The translations under genes were made by a program, and so were the position numbers. Below are positions 63,244 to 64,000 of a DNA stretch of 64,000 nt, piece by piece. This DNA comes from Trichoplax sp. H2. Taxonomy: Eukaryota. A model generated the notes under the pieces. It was not told the DNA's origin. It did no database searches and saw only the letters and a program-made list of their open reading frames with translations. The stretch lies in NCBI GenBank assembly GCA_003344405.1, contig NOWV01000135.1, forward strand, positions 124,001 through 188,000, read 5' to 3'. How positions within the stretch are numbered: the first letter of the stretch is position 1; the number at the start of each line of letters is the position of its first letter.

Positions 63244-64000
63244 TGTACAGTACAATGCACTCTGGCCTAGCCAGCAGGTTGGGTCACGTGATCCCCCTGT
63301 CATGTGAGTCAAATCCAGTTTTTCTTTGAATAATTCCAATTTCTTGATTAATTTAAGCGGCGGCTCCTTTGAGCTCCTTTGAGATACTGTGTTAAGGCGT
63401 TCGGACTGTAAGAGGTAGCTTGAATAAATAAGCTATTGTCTACTTTCATCACAAAGACAATAGAACAATCATTCGATAACATTATTATTCCGCGAATAGG
63501 AAATGCGTTTCCAAGAAATTTTAAATATGGGCCGGTGCATCCTGTTGTATATAAGCTGGTGGAATTTGAAAGTAATTTTATTCTACTCCATGAAAAAATA
63601 AAAAGCCGTACAAGGTAATCTCGTCTCGACGACCAAGATAGCTGCAAAAAAGTGTCTCGTCGGCGCTTTTTGAATGTCTGCAGTCGTTTTGCCTTGTGGG
63701 CTGCATCACTCTAGCGTTTTATCCTAGACTCAACATTGATTTGCAGTAAGAAGAACGAGAAGACAGACGATCCACTACTTTCATTGATTGATGATCATCA
63801 CGCCTTGGAATTCAATCCTATTCTACTGATGGAAATTGATTGAAAAAATTGATTTACGGACTGTAGGATTCTTCTCTATTTCCATTTCAATCGTCGTCGT
63901 CAGTTTTTCAATCTTGATCAAGACAACACTTCAATAGGATTAAGCCTATTGCAACCATCGCCTTATACATAGCAACTGCATCATTTTGGGGGCCATAGTA

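Overview
AT-rich, intron-dense eukaryotic genomic DNA. Gene architecture and content suggest an early-branching animal, probably a placozoan such as Trichoplax; this is an inference, not verified. Six spliced genes can be reconstructed by hand with consistent GT-AG phases. Three are transmembrane channel-like (TMC) genes: a TMC5/6-like gene on the minus strand running off the left edge, head-to-head with two tandem TMC4/7/8-like paralogs on the plus strand. They are followed by a conventional protein kinase C (minus), CFAP52/WDR16 (plus, with an RFX X-box upstream) and ATG12 (minus). The TMC half of the window is full of locally derived degenerate tandem repeats and has a 20-N gap flanked by a probable haplotype duplication. 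TACTG/CAGTA pentamer arrays mark the 5' regions of PKC and ATG12, plus one orphan site near 62.3 kb. Most notable: (i) the TMC-TMC-PKC arrangement echoes linkages recalled from human paralogons, and (ii) both tandem TMCs naturally carry Asn at the pore position equivalent to mouse TMC1 D528. No rRNA, tRNA, CRISPR or intact transposon was recognised.
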